Positions 1 through 13,184 of a stretch of DNA of 64,000 nucleotides are shown here, piece by piece; the first letter of the stretch is position 1; each line of letters begins with the position of its first letter. This stretch comes from Eledone cirrhosa (taxonomy: Eukaryota): contig OZ024762.1 in the NCBI GenBank assembly GCA_964016885.1, positions 24,304,001 to 24,368,000 of the forward strand, written 5' to 3'. The position numbers and the translations under genes are program-made. The notes beneath the pieces were generated by a model, which ran no database searches, had not been told where the DNA came from, and worked only from the letters and a program-made list of their open reading frames with translations.

Positions 1-405
1 TCCGTGCGCTACATGTGGCTCTTTACAAGCATACCTGCGGGGCGGGGCCGTACTCACCACGCTTGGACAATTGAAGGTTGTCAAACATGTGGTCCGTGCG
101 CTACATGTGGCTCTTTACAAGCATACCTGCGGGGCGGGGCCGTACTCACCACGCTTGGACAATTGAAGGTTGTCAAACATGTGGTCCGTGCGCTACATGT
201 GGCTCTTTACAAGCATACCTGCGGGGCGGGGCCGTACTCACCACGCTTGGACAATTGAAGGTTGTCAAACATGTGGTCCGTGCGCTACATGTGGCTCTTT
301 ACAAGCATACCTGCGGGGCGGGGCCGTACTCACCACGCTTGGACAATTGAAGGTTGTCAAACATGTGGTCCGTGCGCTACATGTGTCTCTTTACAAGCAC
401 ACCTG
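1..405 (+). repeat. 92-bp tandem repeat, about 4.4 near-identical copies
   Basis: Unit TCCGTGCGCTACATGTGGCTC...GTCAAACATGTGG recurs every 92 bp. Confidence 0.95.
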
Positions 406-497
406 CGGCCCGCATAAAGTTTTTTACAGTGCGAGCATGTTTTTTCTTCGTAATATAAAAATAAAAAATGTGTTGTAATGTGCACAATTAATTGTCG

Positions 498-1034
498 TTT
501 GTGCCCCTCAGACAACACATTTGTGGCTCTCAGACAACACATTTGTGGCCCTCAAACAACACATTTGTGGCTCTCAGACAACACATTTGTGACTCTCAGA
601 CAACACATTTGTGGCCCTCAGACAACACATTTCTGACCCTCAGACAACACATTTGTGGCCCTCAGACAACACATTTCTGACCCTCAGACAACACATTTGT
701 GGCCCTCAGACAACACATTTGTGACCCTCAGACAACACATTTGTGGCTCTCAGACAACACATTTGTGGCTCTCAGACAACACATTTGTGACTCTCAGACA
801 ACACATTTGTGACTCTCAGACAACACATTTGTGACCCCCAGACAACACATTTGTGGCCCTCAGACAACATATTTGTGACCCTCAGACAACACATTTGTGG
901 CCCTCAGACAAAACATTTGTGGCCCTCAGACAACACATTTGTGACCCTCAGACAACACATTTGTGGCTCTCAGACAACACATTTGTGGCTCTCAGACAAC
1001 ACATTTGTGACCCTCAAACAACACATTTGTGACC
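498..1034 (+). repeat. 22-bp minisatellite (CTCAGACAACACATTTGTGGCC), about 24 copies
   Basis: Direct reading of the repeat units. Confidence 0.95.
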
Positions 1035-1174
1035 TATGTGACCCTCGGGAGACCATGAGTTTGACATACCTGATTTGATCCATAGTTGGGATGTTAATCC
1101 ACCTTTTTTACAGCTCTGAGGAGTTAATCCACCTTTTTTACAGCTCATGTTTTTTGTGCTGCTGGGGTTCCACT

Positions 1175-2230
1175 TACCCTCACTGACCAGATCAGGGTCT
1201 GGTGGGGGAGCTGGTTTAGTCACTGACCACTTGACCATGAAAGAGATTGCACTGGGTTACAGGATACCAGTAGCAGACAGAAACTTGACCTCACCAGACA
1301 TGGGCTGGAGGGGGAGCTGGTGTCCTTACTGACCACTCAACCATGAAACAGTTTACTGGGTTACATGGTACCAGTAGCAGACAGAAACCTGACCTGACCA
1401 GACAGGGGCTGGGGAGCTGGCTTAGTCACTGACCACTCAATTAGATTACATGGCACCAGTAGCAGACAGAAACCTGACCTCACCATACCAGGGGATGATG
1501 GGGGAGCTGGTTTAGTCACTGACCACTCAATTAGATTACATGGCACCAGTAGCAGACAGAAACCTGACCTCACCATACCAGGGGATGATGGGGGAGCTGG
1601 TTTAGTCACTGACCACTCAATTAGATTAGGTTACATGGTACCAGTAGCAGACATAAACCTGACCTCACCAGACCAGGGGATGATGGGGGAGCTGGTTTAG
1701 TCACTGACCACTCAATTAGGTTACATGGCACCAGTAGCAGACAGAAACCTGACCTCACCAGACCAGGGGATGATGGGGGAGCTGGTTTAGTCACTGACCA
1801 CTCAATTAGATTAGGTTACATGGTACCAGTAGCAGACATAAACCTGACCTCACCAGACCAGGGGATGATGGGGGAGCTGGTTTAGTCACTGACCACTCAA
1901 TTAGGTTACATGGCACCAGTAGCAGACAGAAACCTGACCTCACCATACCAGGGGATGATGGGGGAGCTGGTTTAGTCACTGACCACTCAATTAGGTTACA
2001 TGGTATCAGTAGCAGGCAGAAACCTGACCTCACCATACCAGGGGATGATGGGGGAGCTGGTTTAGTCACTGACCACTCAATTAGGTTACATGGTATCAGT
2101 AGCAGGCAGAAACCTGACCTCACCATACCAGGGGATGATGGGGGAGCTGGTTTAGTCACTGACCACTCAGCCATGAAACAGAGTTTACTGGGTTACATGA
2201 CACCAGTAGCTGGCAGAAGAAACCTGACTC
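1175..2230 (+). repeat. 90/95-bp minisatellite, about 11 copies with diverged edge copies
   Basis: Unit GGGGAGCTGGTTTAGTCACTGACCACTCAATTAGGTTACATGGCACCAGTAGCAGACAGAAACCTGACCTCACC...; 30-aa periodicity in the ORF track. Confidence 0.93.
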
Positions 2231-2768
2231 TAAGAAGCATGTTAACAAAAGAGTTAACACAGTCCTCTCTGTTGTAAGTATTTGGGTTAGAACTTTGATC
2301 TTCAAGATAACGTCATCCTACTTGTCTTGGTGACCCTTTGTGAAAGGTTTCATGTCTGGTGCTGCCCTTCCTCTTCTCTGACTAAATCACAAAGAACAAC
2401 AGGGAAAAAAAAAATCAAAAACAAAATAATACCCCCCCCCCCCCAAAAAAAAAAAATAAAGAACTTCAAGAAAAACACAAAAAACTACAACAAAAACACA
2501 AGGCAACCCCACCCATTCCTCTGACCCTCCTTCAACACCATTACTTCCGGGGGGAGGGGGGGGGGGCTTCCTTCTATTGCCAAATACATTAAACCAAGCA
2601 CACACCAACAACAGGTTCTTCTGTTAAACAACAACAACAACAAACAACAACATGGTGTAGCAGTGGTCCAACACAAACCTTCTCTGCTTATCTTTTAGAA
2701 TTGACACCACATGGACCAACAATGGAATCTCTGTTAATGAGATGAAATAATCTCAATGGAGCTACCAA

Positions 2769-2814
<46 letters not shown>

Positions 2815-3087
2815 TACCGACTTCCCCTGCCCGCTCGCTCGCAACTTTTCCTTCTTCGAGAAAAACTCTCTTCTCCCTTATCTTTAATTCTCTTGTGGCA
2901 CCACCCAGCTGCTGTTGGTAGTAACTTTAGTTCAAAAACCATCTTACATCTTACAGTATTTAACATAAAAAACCGTTTCTGTTAACCCTTTGGCATTTAA
3001 GAGTTACACTGGTGTATGGAACATAACCGAACCAAAGTTCTTACACTAAATTATGATAGGTTTTTAAGATAAATATCGATACTTTAA

Positions 3088-3308
3088 CCTTTTAGCATTT
3101 AAACTGGCCATATCCAGCCAGAATTCTCTCTCTCCTCTTTCTGTTCAAACCGGCTGTAACTGGCCACTCATACTGGTGTTAAAGTATTGTTTTCAAAATA
3201 AATAACATCAAAATCTCATAGATTCGATATTATGTGAGATAATTATGTGAGGTAAAGCCTTTACTGTGAAAATATAAGAGATATAGAGTATTGTAAATGC
3301 TTAAAGGG
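3088..3308 (+). mobile_element. piggyBac-type MITE (~220 bp)
   Basis: TTAA-CCTTTTAGCATTTA...TAAATGCTTAAAGGG termini; same family at 3783, 6480, 8952, 38787 and 52765. Confidence 0.7.
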
Positions 3309-3392
3309 ATAAGGAGTGGGATGGGGCTGGCCAAATTGGACTGAGGAAACAATGTTTCCATTGGTCTTTACAATTGCTAATACTATCTACCA

Positions 3393-3511
3393 GGCGCAAT
3401 GTGAAATAAAATCACTTGCTCAAAGTCATAACACATCGCCTGGTCCGGGTATCGAACTTACAACCTCATGATTGCAAATCCAATTCTCTAACCACTCAGC
3501 CACGCGCCTTC
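3393..3511 (-). mobile_element. tRNA-derived CORE-type SINE, 5' part
   Basis: Reverse complement shows A-box TGGCTGAGTGG and B-box GTTCGATACC, then a CORE-like TGACTTTGAGCAAGTGATT. Confidence 0.7.
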
Positions 3512-3546
3512 ACTAATATTCAAGTATATACAGTAAATTTCATTCC

Positions 3547-3778
3547 GGGTCTCTGAGTTCAAATCCCGCCAAGATCAACTTTGCCTTTCATCCTTTCGAG
3601 GTCGATAAAAGAAGTACCAGTCTTGTACTGGGGTAGATTCTTCCTCTATATCTCTTTCTCATTTCCTCTCTCTCTCTTTCACTTTCTATCTTTCTCTAGA
3701 AGAAGTATGCTGTACTCAGGCCTGGAGAGGGATAGGCTCCACCAGGTCAGGCCTGGAGAGGGATAGGCTCCACTAGGT
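3547..3778 (+). mobile_element. SINE variant: B-box and central core of the abundant SINE joined to a different CT-rich/CAGGCCTGGAGAGG tail
   Basis: GAGTTCAAATCCC, then GCCTTTCATCCTTTCGAGGTCGATAAAAGAAGTACCAG. The tail also occurs at ~10717-10760 (-), 40720-40880 and 40908-41090. Confidence 0.6.
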
Positions 3779-3782
3779 TTAA

Positions 3783-3992
3783 GCCTTTACCATTTACATT
3801 ACTCTATATCTACTATTATATTTTTACAGTAAAGACTTTAGCTCACATAATTATCTCACATATTATTGAATTTATGAGATTTTAATGTTATTTATTTTAA
3901 GTACATCAGTATTAGTGGCTGGTTAGAGCCGGTTTGAACTGAAAGGGATGAAAGAATTCTGTCCGGATATGGCTGGTTTAAATGCTAAAGGG
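3783..3992 (-). mobile_element. piggyBac-type MITE, opposite orientation to 3088-3308
   Basis: TTAA flanks and AAATGCTAAAGGG-TTAA terminus; internal sequence is the reverse complement of the 3088 copy. Confidence 0.7.
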
Positions 3993-4388
3993 TTAAAATG
4001 CCATATGTCAATATGGCGCCCCGACGACTCCATCACGAGTTACAGGGTTAAAAGAAGAAAGAAAGAACACAGTAATTATTAATACAAATGGTGTGTATTT
4101 TATTAAGAACAGGCTATATAAAAGGACTAATGTATCTTTTAGGTTTTGAAGATGGTATCGTTTGATTTGAGGGTAATTTAACTGTTATTTCTTGCAGGAG
4201 GAGGAGGAATGACCACATATAAAGATGGCTGTTGTCTCTGCTAGCGCCCTCTGCTATTAAAGCACTAAAACTACCTCTATACATGGGAGATAATGACTAG
4301 GTTGTAAAACACTACATCTGTTATGTTGGAAATGAGCAAAAACAACTCTTTCTCTCTCTGACTTACTCCTACACACAATATATGTGTG

Positions 4389-4451
<63 letters not shown>

Positions 4452-4461
4452 ATATATATAT

Positions 4462-4858
4462 CTCCGGCCAACAACTGATTCTTTTTTTCAAATACCACTT
4501 TGGAAGAAGAGTCAGGATGGAGAGAGAGGTGCTGTACCCCAGCAAGTTTTATAAAAGGTGGGTGAAAGTGGCGAGAATGGCCCAAGTGAATGGGGCTTCT
4601 CTCTATATCAGCCTGTAGGTTGAGGAAAAGGTGTCGGAGAGGAAAGGAGTACAAACTCTTCGTACTCCTGGAGATGAGGGCTGCACATTTTTTCGGTGGT
4701 ATGTGTTACCCATATAAACTGTCTCCCCCTATTGGGGAAAATCGACTAATTTTTTAAATTGCATTTGTGATAATATTTTACACGTTTTTATTGTATGTAA
4801 ACTTCCCCTTTGTATTTGTCCCCTTCTTTTGTGCCCCTGTGGCTAATAAAGAAACATA
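4462..4858 (+). mobile_element. 3' end of an L1/Tx1-like LINE inserted in (TA)n/(TATC)n
   Basis: ORF tail ...FFKYHFGRRVRMEREVLYPSKFYKRWVKVARM...stop resembles Tx1-clade ORF2 C-termini, followed by a 3' UTR and AATAAA at ~4845. Confidence 0.5.
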
Positions 4859-4917
4859 TCTATATATATATTCAATGATATTAAATAAATGGAAACTATA
4901 TTCATAAAGCCATATTT

Positions 4918-4974
4918 ATTCTATTATATATTTCAAGGGTACCAAAACTTTGGTACGCTTTCATCAGATAAAAT
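4918..4974 (-). ncRNA. Type I hammerhead ribozyme motif (family A; Penelope-like pLTR)
   Basis: Minus strand: ATTTTAT CTGATGA AAGCGTACCAAA GT TTTGGTACCCTT GAAA TATA TA/ATAGAAT. Stems I and II pair; stem III is 2 nt shorter than in sister copies. Confidence 0.7.
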
Positions 4975-5039
4975 ACAAAGTTTGTTTTATAAATATTGAC
5001 ATATCCAGGAAGAAGATCTTAACAGTTCAAGTTTTTCCT

Positions 5040-5070
<31 letters not shown>

Positions 5071-5196
5071 TTATATATTATATATTTTATAAAATTCCTT
5101 TTTTTAAAAAATGTTTTCTCCTTTTTTTCAATAACACTTTGATGGATTAAAGAAGAAAAAAAGATTGTTTAAATACATTTACATGCTGTCTCCATT

Positions 5197-5241
<45 letters not shown>

Positions 5242-5445
5242 CGTTTCTGAATTTGTTTAGCAAGATTCTTTATCTGAAAACGTTGAAACCGATATTGTTA
5301 TACTTTGGGAGGGTCATGTTGCCAATAAGAAACACACGCACCAGTTGCTTTCACTTCAATTTATTATAATAAATTTATAAATTTAGGAATTTATAAATTT
5401 CCGGTTGGCTGGTTGGTTCCACAACCAGAGGATTGTTCATATATT

Positions 5446-5488
5446 GTCAAAGTTCTTTCGTCACACATTCTGTGACCTCTTCAGTGAC
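5446..5488 (-). ncRNA. Degenerate minimal hammerhead motif
   Basis: Minus strand: GTCA CTGAAGA G GTCACA GAATG TGTGAC GAAA GAAC TT/TGAC. One extra G after the core, and stem III is imperfect. Confidence 0.45.
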
Positions 5489-5575
5489 TGGGGATTCTTT
5501 TCTTTGTTTTTGTGCCTCTCCTTTTTTCTGTCCTACGCCATCTTGTTTTTGTATATATATATATTAATATATATA

Positions 5576-5619
<44 letters not shown>

Positions 5620-5699
5620 ATATAGTCAGATGTTGTTCAGTTCAATACTTAGAGCATTCAGCTGGAATTTGATAAATACAGAGTTTGATTCTCTGTAGC

Positions 5700-5880
5700 A
5701 GCTGTTGGCCATTTCCCCCACCTATAGGGGTATTTTATCCAATCTTCTAAGCTATTATTTTTAGCAATTGACTGTGGTTACAGTCATTTTCTACATTAGG
5801 GATTTCCTATATTTGTTATAGTTTAGTTTATTTCAAATTTACACAACAATCTGTCCACAAGTAAAGATACTATATGACCA
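5700..5880 (+). repeat. Unclassified AT-rich interspersed repeat
   Basis: CCACCTATAGGGGTATTTTATC...TAGCAATTG...CACAACAATCTGTCCAC...GTAAAGATACTATA. Related pieces at 6780-7010, 7705-7830, 37400-37830 (-), 38370-38730 and 39360-39440 (-). Confidence 0.6.
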
Positions 5881-5924
5881 ATACATGATCACTTTATCTG
5901 ACTTGCTTCACAACGGGATTAGTT

Positions 5925-6455
5925 GTGTAAAAAGTGTAGGGCAATAAAGATAGACGGTAGCCACGGAGTAGGCAGACCCAGAAAAACCTGGACGACTTGA
6001 TAAATTCCGACCTCTCCAAGACAATGTCACTTTGGCGGTACTCAGTAATAGAGAAGACCCGCCTTACCTAAATACAAAGTAAAACCTACTACTGTCAGTA
6101 GGCACCTCTAACCACCCCCACCCCATCCACACTGCCCCTTTCAATGTAAAGTTATGTTGGTGCCACAACATCCAGTCCGAAACAAATGAGGTCGTGTAGG
6201 TGTCACGACAAAAAAAACACACAGTCCACGCTGTAATGTGGCCATGTAGGTAACACGGTAAACACCTCCCAGTACCACACTGTAAACGTGGTTGGTGTTA
6301 GGAAGAGCATCCAGCTGTAGAAAACCCACCAGACAGTCCTATGCGAGCAAGACAACCACTCTTGCTTCAAGTGGGAAAACTCCCATCCAAACCCATGCAA
6401 GCGTGGAAGATGGACGTTAAATGACGATGATAATGATAATGATGATGATGATGAT
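5925..6455 (+). mobile_element. 5'-truncated RTE-clade LINE (family 1): RT C-terminus remnant, 3' UTR and (GAT)n tail
   Basis: Colinear with 45640-46207; ends GGACGTTAAATGACGATGAT... Confidence 0.85.
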
Positions 6456-6479
6456 GCTTGCGGGGAAAATAGACATTAA

Positions 6480-6654
6480 CCCTTTAACATTTAAACCGGC
6501 TGTATCGGGCCAGAATTATCTAACCCTTTTCTGTATAAGGTATTGTTCTCAAAATAAATAATATCAAGACCTCATAGATTCGATATTATGTTAGATAATT
6601 ATGTGAGGTAAAGCCTTTACTGTGAACATATATTAGTAAATATAGAGTAAAGGG
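6480..6654 (+). mobile_element. piggyBac-type MITE, internally deleted
   Basis: TTAA-CCCTTTAACATTTA...AAAGGG-TTAA. Confidence 0.7.
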
Positions 6655-7014
6655 TTAAATCATGATATTTGTTTCTACTTTCGGCAGGCCAGCAATTACC
6701 CAGTGCATTACTGGTACTTTATTTTATCGACCCCTTAAGGATGAAAGGCAAAGTTAACCTCGGCGGTAATGATAATGAGGATTTTAATTAATAAACCACA
6801 TTAGTTAGTCATTCTTGAAAAATATAAAACAGTACTATGACTGCATTACTTTAAATATTAAGTTCTTTGCTCTAATACTGCAAATTTTCACAACAATGTC
6901 TTCCTCAGTAAAGATACTATAAACATTTGAATTAACCAAACACATGGAACTATATTAGCAAGGCATTCTTGAAAAATACAAAACTTATGACATATCACAT
7001 TGAATGTTAAAGTT

Positions 7015-7705
7015 TTTAGTCTTAGCCTGATCCCATCCTCAAATCTGAGAGTCGGAGGTCATAGACTTATCGACCAGCACTCTCCTCATTTTCCTGTCTC
7101 TTGCCATTGTTGTACATTCCACCAAACTCCTTCCTGTCCATTCCTTAATATCATCTCTCCACCTCCTTTTATACTGTCCCCTGGCCCTTTTCCCCCCTGT
7201 ATTCCTCCCTCCTGTCCATTCCTTAATATCATTTCCCCATCTTCTTTTCTGCAGTCCCCTGCCCCTTTTCCTCTGTATTCCTGCTTCTTGTCCATTCCTT
7301 AATATCATCTCTCCACCTCCTTTTCTGCTGTCCCCTGGACTTTTCCCCTGTATTCTTCCCTCCTGTCCATTCCTTAATATCATCTGTCCATCTCTGTTTC
7401 TACCATTCCCTGGTCCTTCTCCCCTGTATTCGTCCCTCAACGAGATGGGTAGTCAAATTTTGGGCCCTGATGACATGACCAAAATACTGAAGTTTCCTTT
7501 TCCTTACTGTTTCAACCAACTGTCTAATGGCACCAATCTCTTCCACATTTGTTCTGTGAGCTGTCCAGCTAATTCTAAGTGCACTCCTATCATATGACAT
7601 ATCAAATGGCCTCAGTTGTTTCCTGTCAGATGTATTTAAAGTCCATGACTCACAACCATATAGAGCTGTTGGTCACACTAATGTTTTGATTACTTTCTTT
7701 TTGGT
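7015..7705 (-). mobile_element. 3' fragment of an RTE/BovB-like LINE (family 2) with tandemly duplicated C-terminal segment
   Basis: Minus-strand motifs ALYGCESWTL, LRISWTAHRTN, RKLQYFGHVIR, EGRIQGRR and RWRDDIKEWTG; frameshifted. Confidence 0.8.
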
Positions 7706-8209
7706 CTAACTTACTGCACATTTTCACAACAGATGTTTATAGTAAAGATATTATAAACATTTTAATTAACAAATTGGATTTAAGATATTTTTTTACTAAA
7801 TAATTATGGAATGTTAAGTGTTAACAAAAATAATTGTTTCTACTTTTGGCATAAGGCCAGCAATTACCCAGTACATTACTGGTACTTTATTTTAAACAAA
7901 AATAATGGTTTCTTATTTAGGTGCAAGGCCAATAATATTTTGTGGAGGGGAAAGTTTATTAAATCGACCCCAGTACGTTACTGAAAAATAATTGTGGTAC
8001 ATAGGACTTGACTGCGAAGTAGATTACGATATCAAAGAAATTAATTATAGCCAAAATAAATAGTAACAGGTTGTTGAAGGTTATACATAATTATCAAATT
8101 CTTAATTAATAAACAAAGATTAATAACTACAACTTAAAAATGAAATTAAAAGACATCAAAGCCATAATTTATCACAAGCAACTAGTTATCTATATTCTGA
8201 GTTCAAACT

Positions 8210-8812
8210 GTCTGACTGGTACTTTGTATATAAACCTGGTTAGTACTTTATATATAAACCTTGTTGGTTCTTTATATATAAACCAGACTGGTACTTTATA
8301 TATAAACCTGGTTGGTACTTTATATATAAATCTGGTTGATACTTTATATATAAACCTGGTTGATACTTTATATATAAACCTGACAGGTACTTTATATATA
8401 AATCTGGTTGGTACTTTATATATAAACCTGACTGGTACTTTATATATAAACCAGACTGGTACTTTATATATAAATCTGGTTGATACTTTATATATAAACC
8501 TGACTGGTACTTTATATATAAACCTGACTGGTACTTTATATATAAACCAGACTGGTACTTTATATATAAATCTGGTTGATACTTTATATATAAACCTGAC
8601 TGGTACTTTATATATAAACCAGACTGGTACTTTATATATAAACCTGACTGGTACTTTATATATAAACCTGACTGGTACTTTATATATAAACCTGACAGGT
8701 ACTTTATATTGAAATCTGACTGGTACTTTATATAGAAACCTGACTGGTACTTTATATATAAACCTGGCAGGTACTTTATATATAAATCTGGTTGGTACTT
8801 TATTTATAGACT
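8210..8812 (+). repeat. 24-bp minisatellite (CTGACTGGTACTTTATATATAAAC), about 25 copies
   Basis: Direct reading; 8-aa periodicity in the ORF track. Confidence 0.95.
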
Positions 8813-8951
8813 TGTCTGGTCCAAAAATCTAAAGTCTGCTTGGAGCCCCTGAGACTCACGAGGTTGGTCTTTTTCCTTGTTTTTGTGACATAACTCAACT
8901 GAGAGTAGGTAGAAGATTCTTCCAAATATAAGTAACTTTCTTCGTTATTAA

Positions 8952-9257
8952 TCCTTCAGCATTTAAACTGGCCATATTCAGCGATAATTCTTTAACCTCC
9001 TTTTGTTCATATTGGCTGTAAGTGGCTGCTCATACTGATGTTAAGGTTTTGTTCTTGAAATAAATAACATAAAAATCTCATAGATTCGATATTATGTGAG
9101 ATAATTATGTGAAATAAAGTGTTTGCCATGAAAATACAATAATATATATAGAATTAAACTGACCAATTTTGGCCAGAATTACCTTACCTCTTTCTGTTCA
9201 AACCGGCTGTGATCAGCTGCTCATACTGATGTTAATGTATTAGTTGAAGGTAAAGGG
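8952..9257 (+). mobile_element. piggyBac-type MITE with internal partial duplication
   Basis: Same internal sequence as 3088-3308; ends AAAGGG-TTAA. Confidence 0.6.
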
Positions 9258-9299
9258 TTAAAAATGAAAATGATGAAGATGAGGAGATATATATTTGAT

Positions 9300-9303
9300 T
9301 GTG

Positions 9304-9334
<31 letters not shown>

Positions 9335-9626
9335 ATGTGTGTTTGTGTATATATGTCTCTCTCTCTCTCTATATATATATGTGTGTATGTATGTATGTGT
9401 ATGTGTATGTGTGTGTGTGTGTATGTATATGTGTGTATGTATATGTGTGTGTGTATATATATGTGTGTGTGTTTGTGTATATATGTCTCTCTCTCTCTCT
9501 ATATATGTGTGTATGTATGTATGTGTGTGTGTGTGTATGTATATATGTGTGTATGTATATGTGTGTGTATATATATATATGTGTGTGTATATTTATGATT
9601 ATGTTTCTCTCTCTGTATATGTGTGT

Positions 9627-9668
<42 letters not shown>

Positions 9669-10043
9669 ATATATGTCTCTCTCTCTCTCTGTATGTATGT
9701 GTGTGTGTATGTATATATATATATGTGCATGCGTGTGTGTGTGTGTGTGTGACCTTTGACATTTAGCCCATTACAAGCCCCACAAATCTCCCATTACAGA
9801 CAATCAGTCCACTTCCTGCATATAATGAGATGGTGGCGGCCATTTTGTTGTTTAGGCTGCTGGTTCTGTCCTGGAGGAGTGTGTCATTGTGTGTGTGTGT
9901 GTGTCTGTGTGTCATTGTGTCACTGTGTATCTGTGTCATTGTGTGTATCACTGTGTGTGTGTATGTGTATAAGGGTGAGTTAATGAGTGAGTGTGACACA
10001 ATATGTGTGAATGCATGCATATGTGAGACCAAGACTGAGAGGC

Positions 10044-10102
<59 letters not shown>
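9300..10102. repeat. Compound (TA)/(TG)/(TC) microsatellite region
   Basis: Direct reading. Confidence 0.9.
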
Positions 10103-10728
<626 letters not shown>

Positions 10729-11089
10729 AAATGAGGAAGAGATATAGAGGAAGAATCGACCCCAGTACTATGCTAGAAATCTTTTTTCGCCAACCTTGAA
10801 AGGCAAAGTTAACATTAACCTTGGTGGGATTTGAACTCAGGGAGTAGAGAACTGAAATACCACAAAACCTTCTATCTGACATTCTCAGCCAATTCACAGC
10901 CTAATTATCCTGTATAGAGTTCCACAGAAAATCTGGTAACATAATTAACTATGAAGCCACAGTAATGTTAAAATACAAACTAGAAACCAACTCATTTGAT
11001 ACAGCTTAAGTTAAATGAATTATAAAAATAGGCTGGAGTTATTTGATAAACAATTTTAAATTTTTTGTAATGGTATTAACAGTTAGCAC

Positions 11090-11470
11090 AGTGGTTTGGC
11101 AGAATCGGTAGAGCATCAGACACCATGTTTTGCAGCATAGTTATGGCCCTTTGCGTTCTGAGTTCAAATCCGCCCCTGCCGAGGTTAACTTTGTCTTTCA
11201 TCCATGCGAGGTCGATAAAATAAAGTACCGGTAATGCACTGGGGGTAATCGCTGGCCTTGTGCCAAAAGTAGAAACTCTAAAGGGTGGTGGATTGGCAGT
11301 ATCGGTAGAGGGTTGGACGCCATGCTTTGTAGCATAGAATTACGGCCCTTTATGGTCTGAGTTCAAATCCCGCCGAGGTTAGCTTTGCCTTTCATCCTTA
11401 CGGGGTCGATAAAATAAAGTACCAGTAATACACTGAGATAATTGCTGGCCTTGTGCCTAAAGTAGAAACA
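11090..11470 (+). mobile_element. Two tandem copies of the abundant tRNA-derived SINE
   Basis: A-box TGGCAGAATCGG, B-box GAGTTCAAATCC, core GCCTTTCATCCTTACGGGGTCGATAAAATAAAGTACCAG (resembles the Meta-SINE domain as I recall it), tail GCTGGCCTTGTGCCAAAAGTAGAAAC. Confidence 0.85.
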
Positions 11471-11582
11471 ATTAAGAGTTAGCACAATATTCCCATCATC
11501 CTTTGTTGCTTACTTCAAACTGCATCAACAGAACAATATGGAGTTACGTCCCTTTACATTGATTTTAAATCCTGCCAAGGTT

Positions 11583-12220
11583 CATCATCATCATCATCAT
11601 CATCATTTAACGTCCATTTTCCACGCTAGCATGGGTAGTACGGGCAGTCCCTTTGTCAGAGATCAGGTCAGAGGGCTGTGTTTCACTTGGATGCTCTTCC
11701 TAATGCCAACCACATTTACAGAGTGCACTGGGTGTTTTTTGTTGTGGCACCTACATGACCACTCTACAGTGTGGATGGGGTGCTTTTTGTCGTAGCACCT
11801 ACACAACCACTTTGCAGTCTGGACTGGGTGCTATTTGTCATGGCACCTACACGACCACTTTACACTGTGGACTGGGTACTCCTTGTCATGACACCTACAC
11901 AACCACTTTACAGAGTGGACTGGGTGCTCCTTTTCATGACATCTACATGACCACTTTACAGAGTGGACTGGGCACTCCTTGTCATGACATCTACATGACC
12001 ACTTTACAGAGTGGACTGGGTGCTCCTTGTCATGACACCTACATGACCACTTTACAGAGTAGACTGGGTCCTTTTTGTCATGACACCTACATGACCACTT
12101 TACAGAGTGGACTGGGTACTCCTTGTCATGACACCTACATGACCACTTTACAGTGTGGACTGGGTACTCCTTGTCATGACACCTACATGACCACTTTACA
12201 GAGTGGACTGGGCGCTATTT
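11583..12220 (-). repeat. RTE-tail SINE/LINE remnant whose 48-bp internal unit is amplified about 10 times
   Basis: (CAT)n tail and TTTAACGTCC at the left end; 48-bp unit ACCACTTTACAGAGTGGACTGGGTGCTCCTTGTCATGACACCTACATG. Confidence 0.85.
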
Positions 12221-12686
12221 GTTCCCCCTTAAATAGTTATTTCCCCAAAGTTACTCATACTTTTAATCATGTCTATACATTTGTTGAAAATTTATGTAAT
12301 TATATCCTAGAAATAAATTATCAAAATAACATTCTTATCTGTAATCCCTTCCGCATGTCAGTAATCAACATAAACTATAGGGTTTCTCTTATGTAAACTT
12401 ATCAAAATGCAAATATTCATAGGTCTTGTTCTTATGGGTTGAATTGTGATTTGTCCTCTGAAACAATTGTAAACGAATAAATATTTTTTCATGAATTTTT
12501 TGTTATTTCTTCTACCACTATAATATATATAAATATAGAAGTAGTTCCACGACAGTTAGTTCACCATACCGAGAGGAGATGTTTAACCTTATGCAGATCT
12601 TCAGCTTGGACTGAGTCTGGCTGTACGGAAAAGGAAAAACTCAGAAGATCTGAGATCCGCATAAGGTGAAACATTTGTTCTCGGCA

Positions 12687-13084
12687 TAAATACAAAGTAA
12701 AACCTACTACAATCAGTAGGCATCTCTAACAAAATGCACCCCCGTCCCACCACCCCCACCCCATCCACACCGCCCCTTTCAATGTAAAGTTATGTTGGTG
12801 CCACAAAATCCAGGCCGAAACAAATGAGGTCGTGTAGGTGTCACGACAAAAAAACACACAGTCCACGCTGTAATGTGGCCGTGTAGGCAACACGGTAAAA
12901 ACCTCCCAGCCCCACACTGTAAATGTGGTTGGTGTTAGGAAGGGCATCCAGCCGTAGAAAACCCGCCAGACAGTCCTATGCGAGCAAGACAACCACTCTT
13001 GCCTCAAGTGGGAAAACTCCTGTCCAAACCCATGCAAGCGTGGAACATGGACGTTAAACGATGATGATGATGATGATGATGATG
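12687..13084 (+). mobile_element. RTE family-1 LINE 3' UTR with (GAT)n tail
   Basis: Colinear with 45806-46207. Confidence 0.85.
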
Positions 13085-13184
13085 GTGAACTAACTGTTGT
13101 GTAACCACTTCTACCAAACTTGTCCCATGGGCTGAGTGATCTACTACTATGGATATTACCTTCCAGTGTTCTACCTCAATATCT

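Larger units (their letters stand above)
1..1072 (+). mobile_element. hAT-type MITE (left end outside the window or lost) expanded by two internal tandem arrays
   Basis: Right TIR GTTTGACATACCTG at 1059-1072. Segment ~355-500 and the 22-bp unit match the reverse complement of the compact element at 34517-34708. Confidence 0.7.

Noticed and set aside
2680-2800. Possible exon after TCTTTTAG at ~2698
   Set aside because: No convincing donor or coding frame; runs into (ATT)n.
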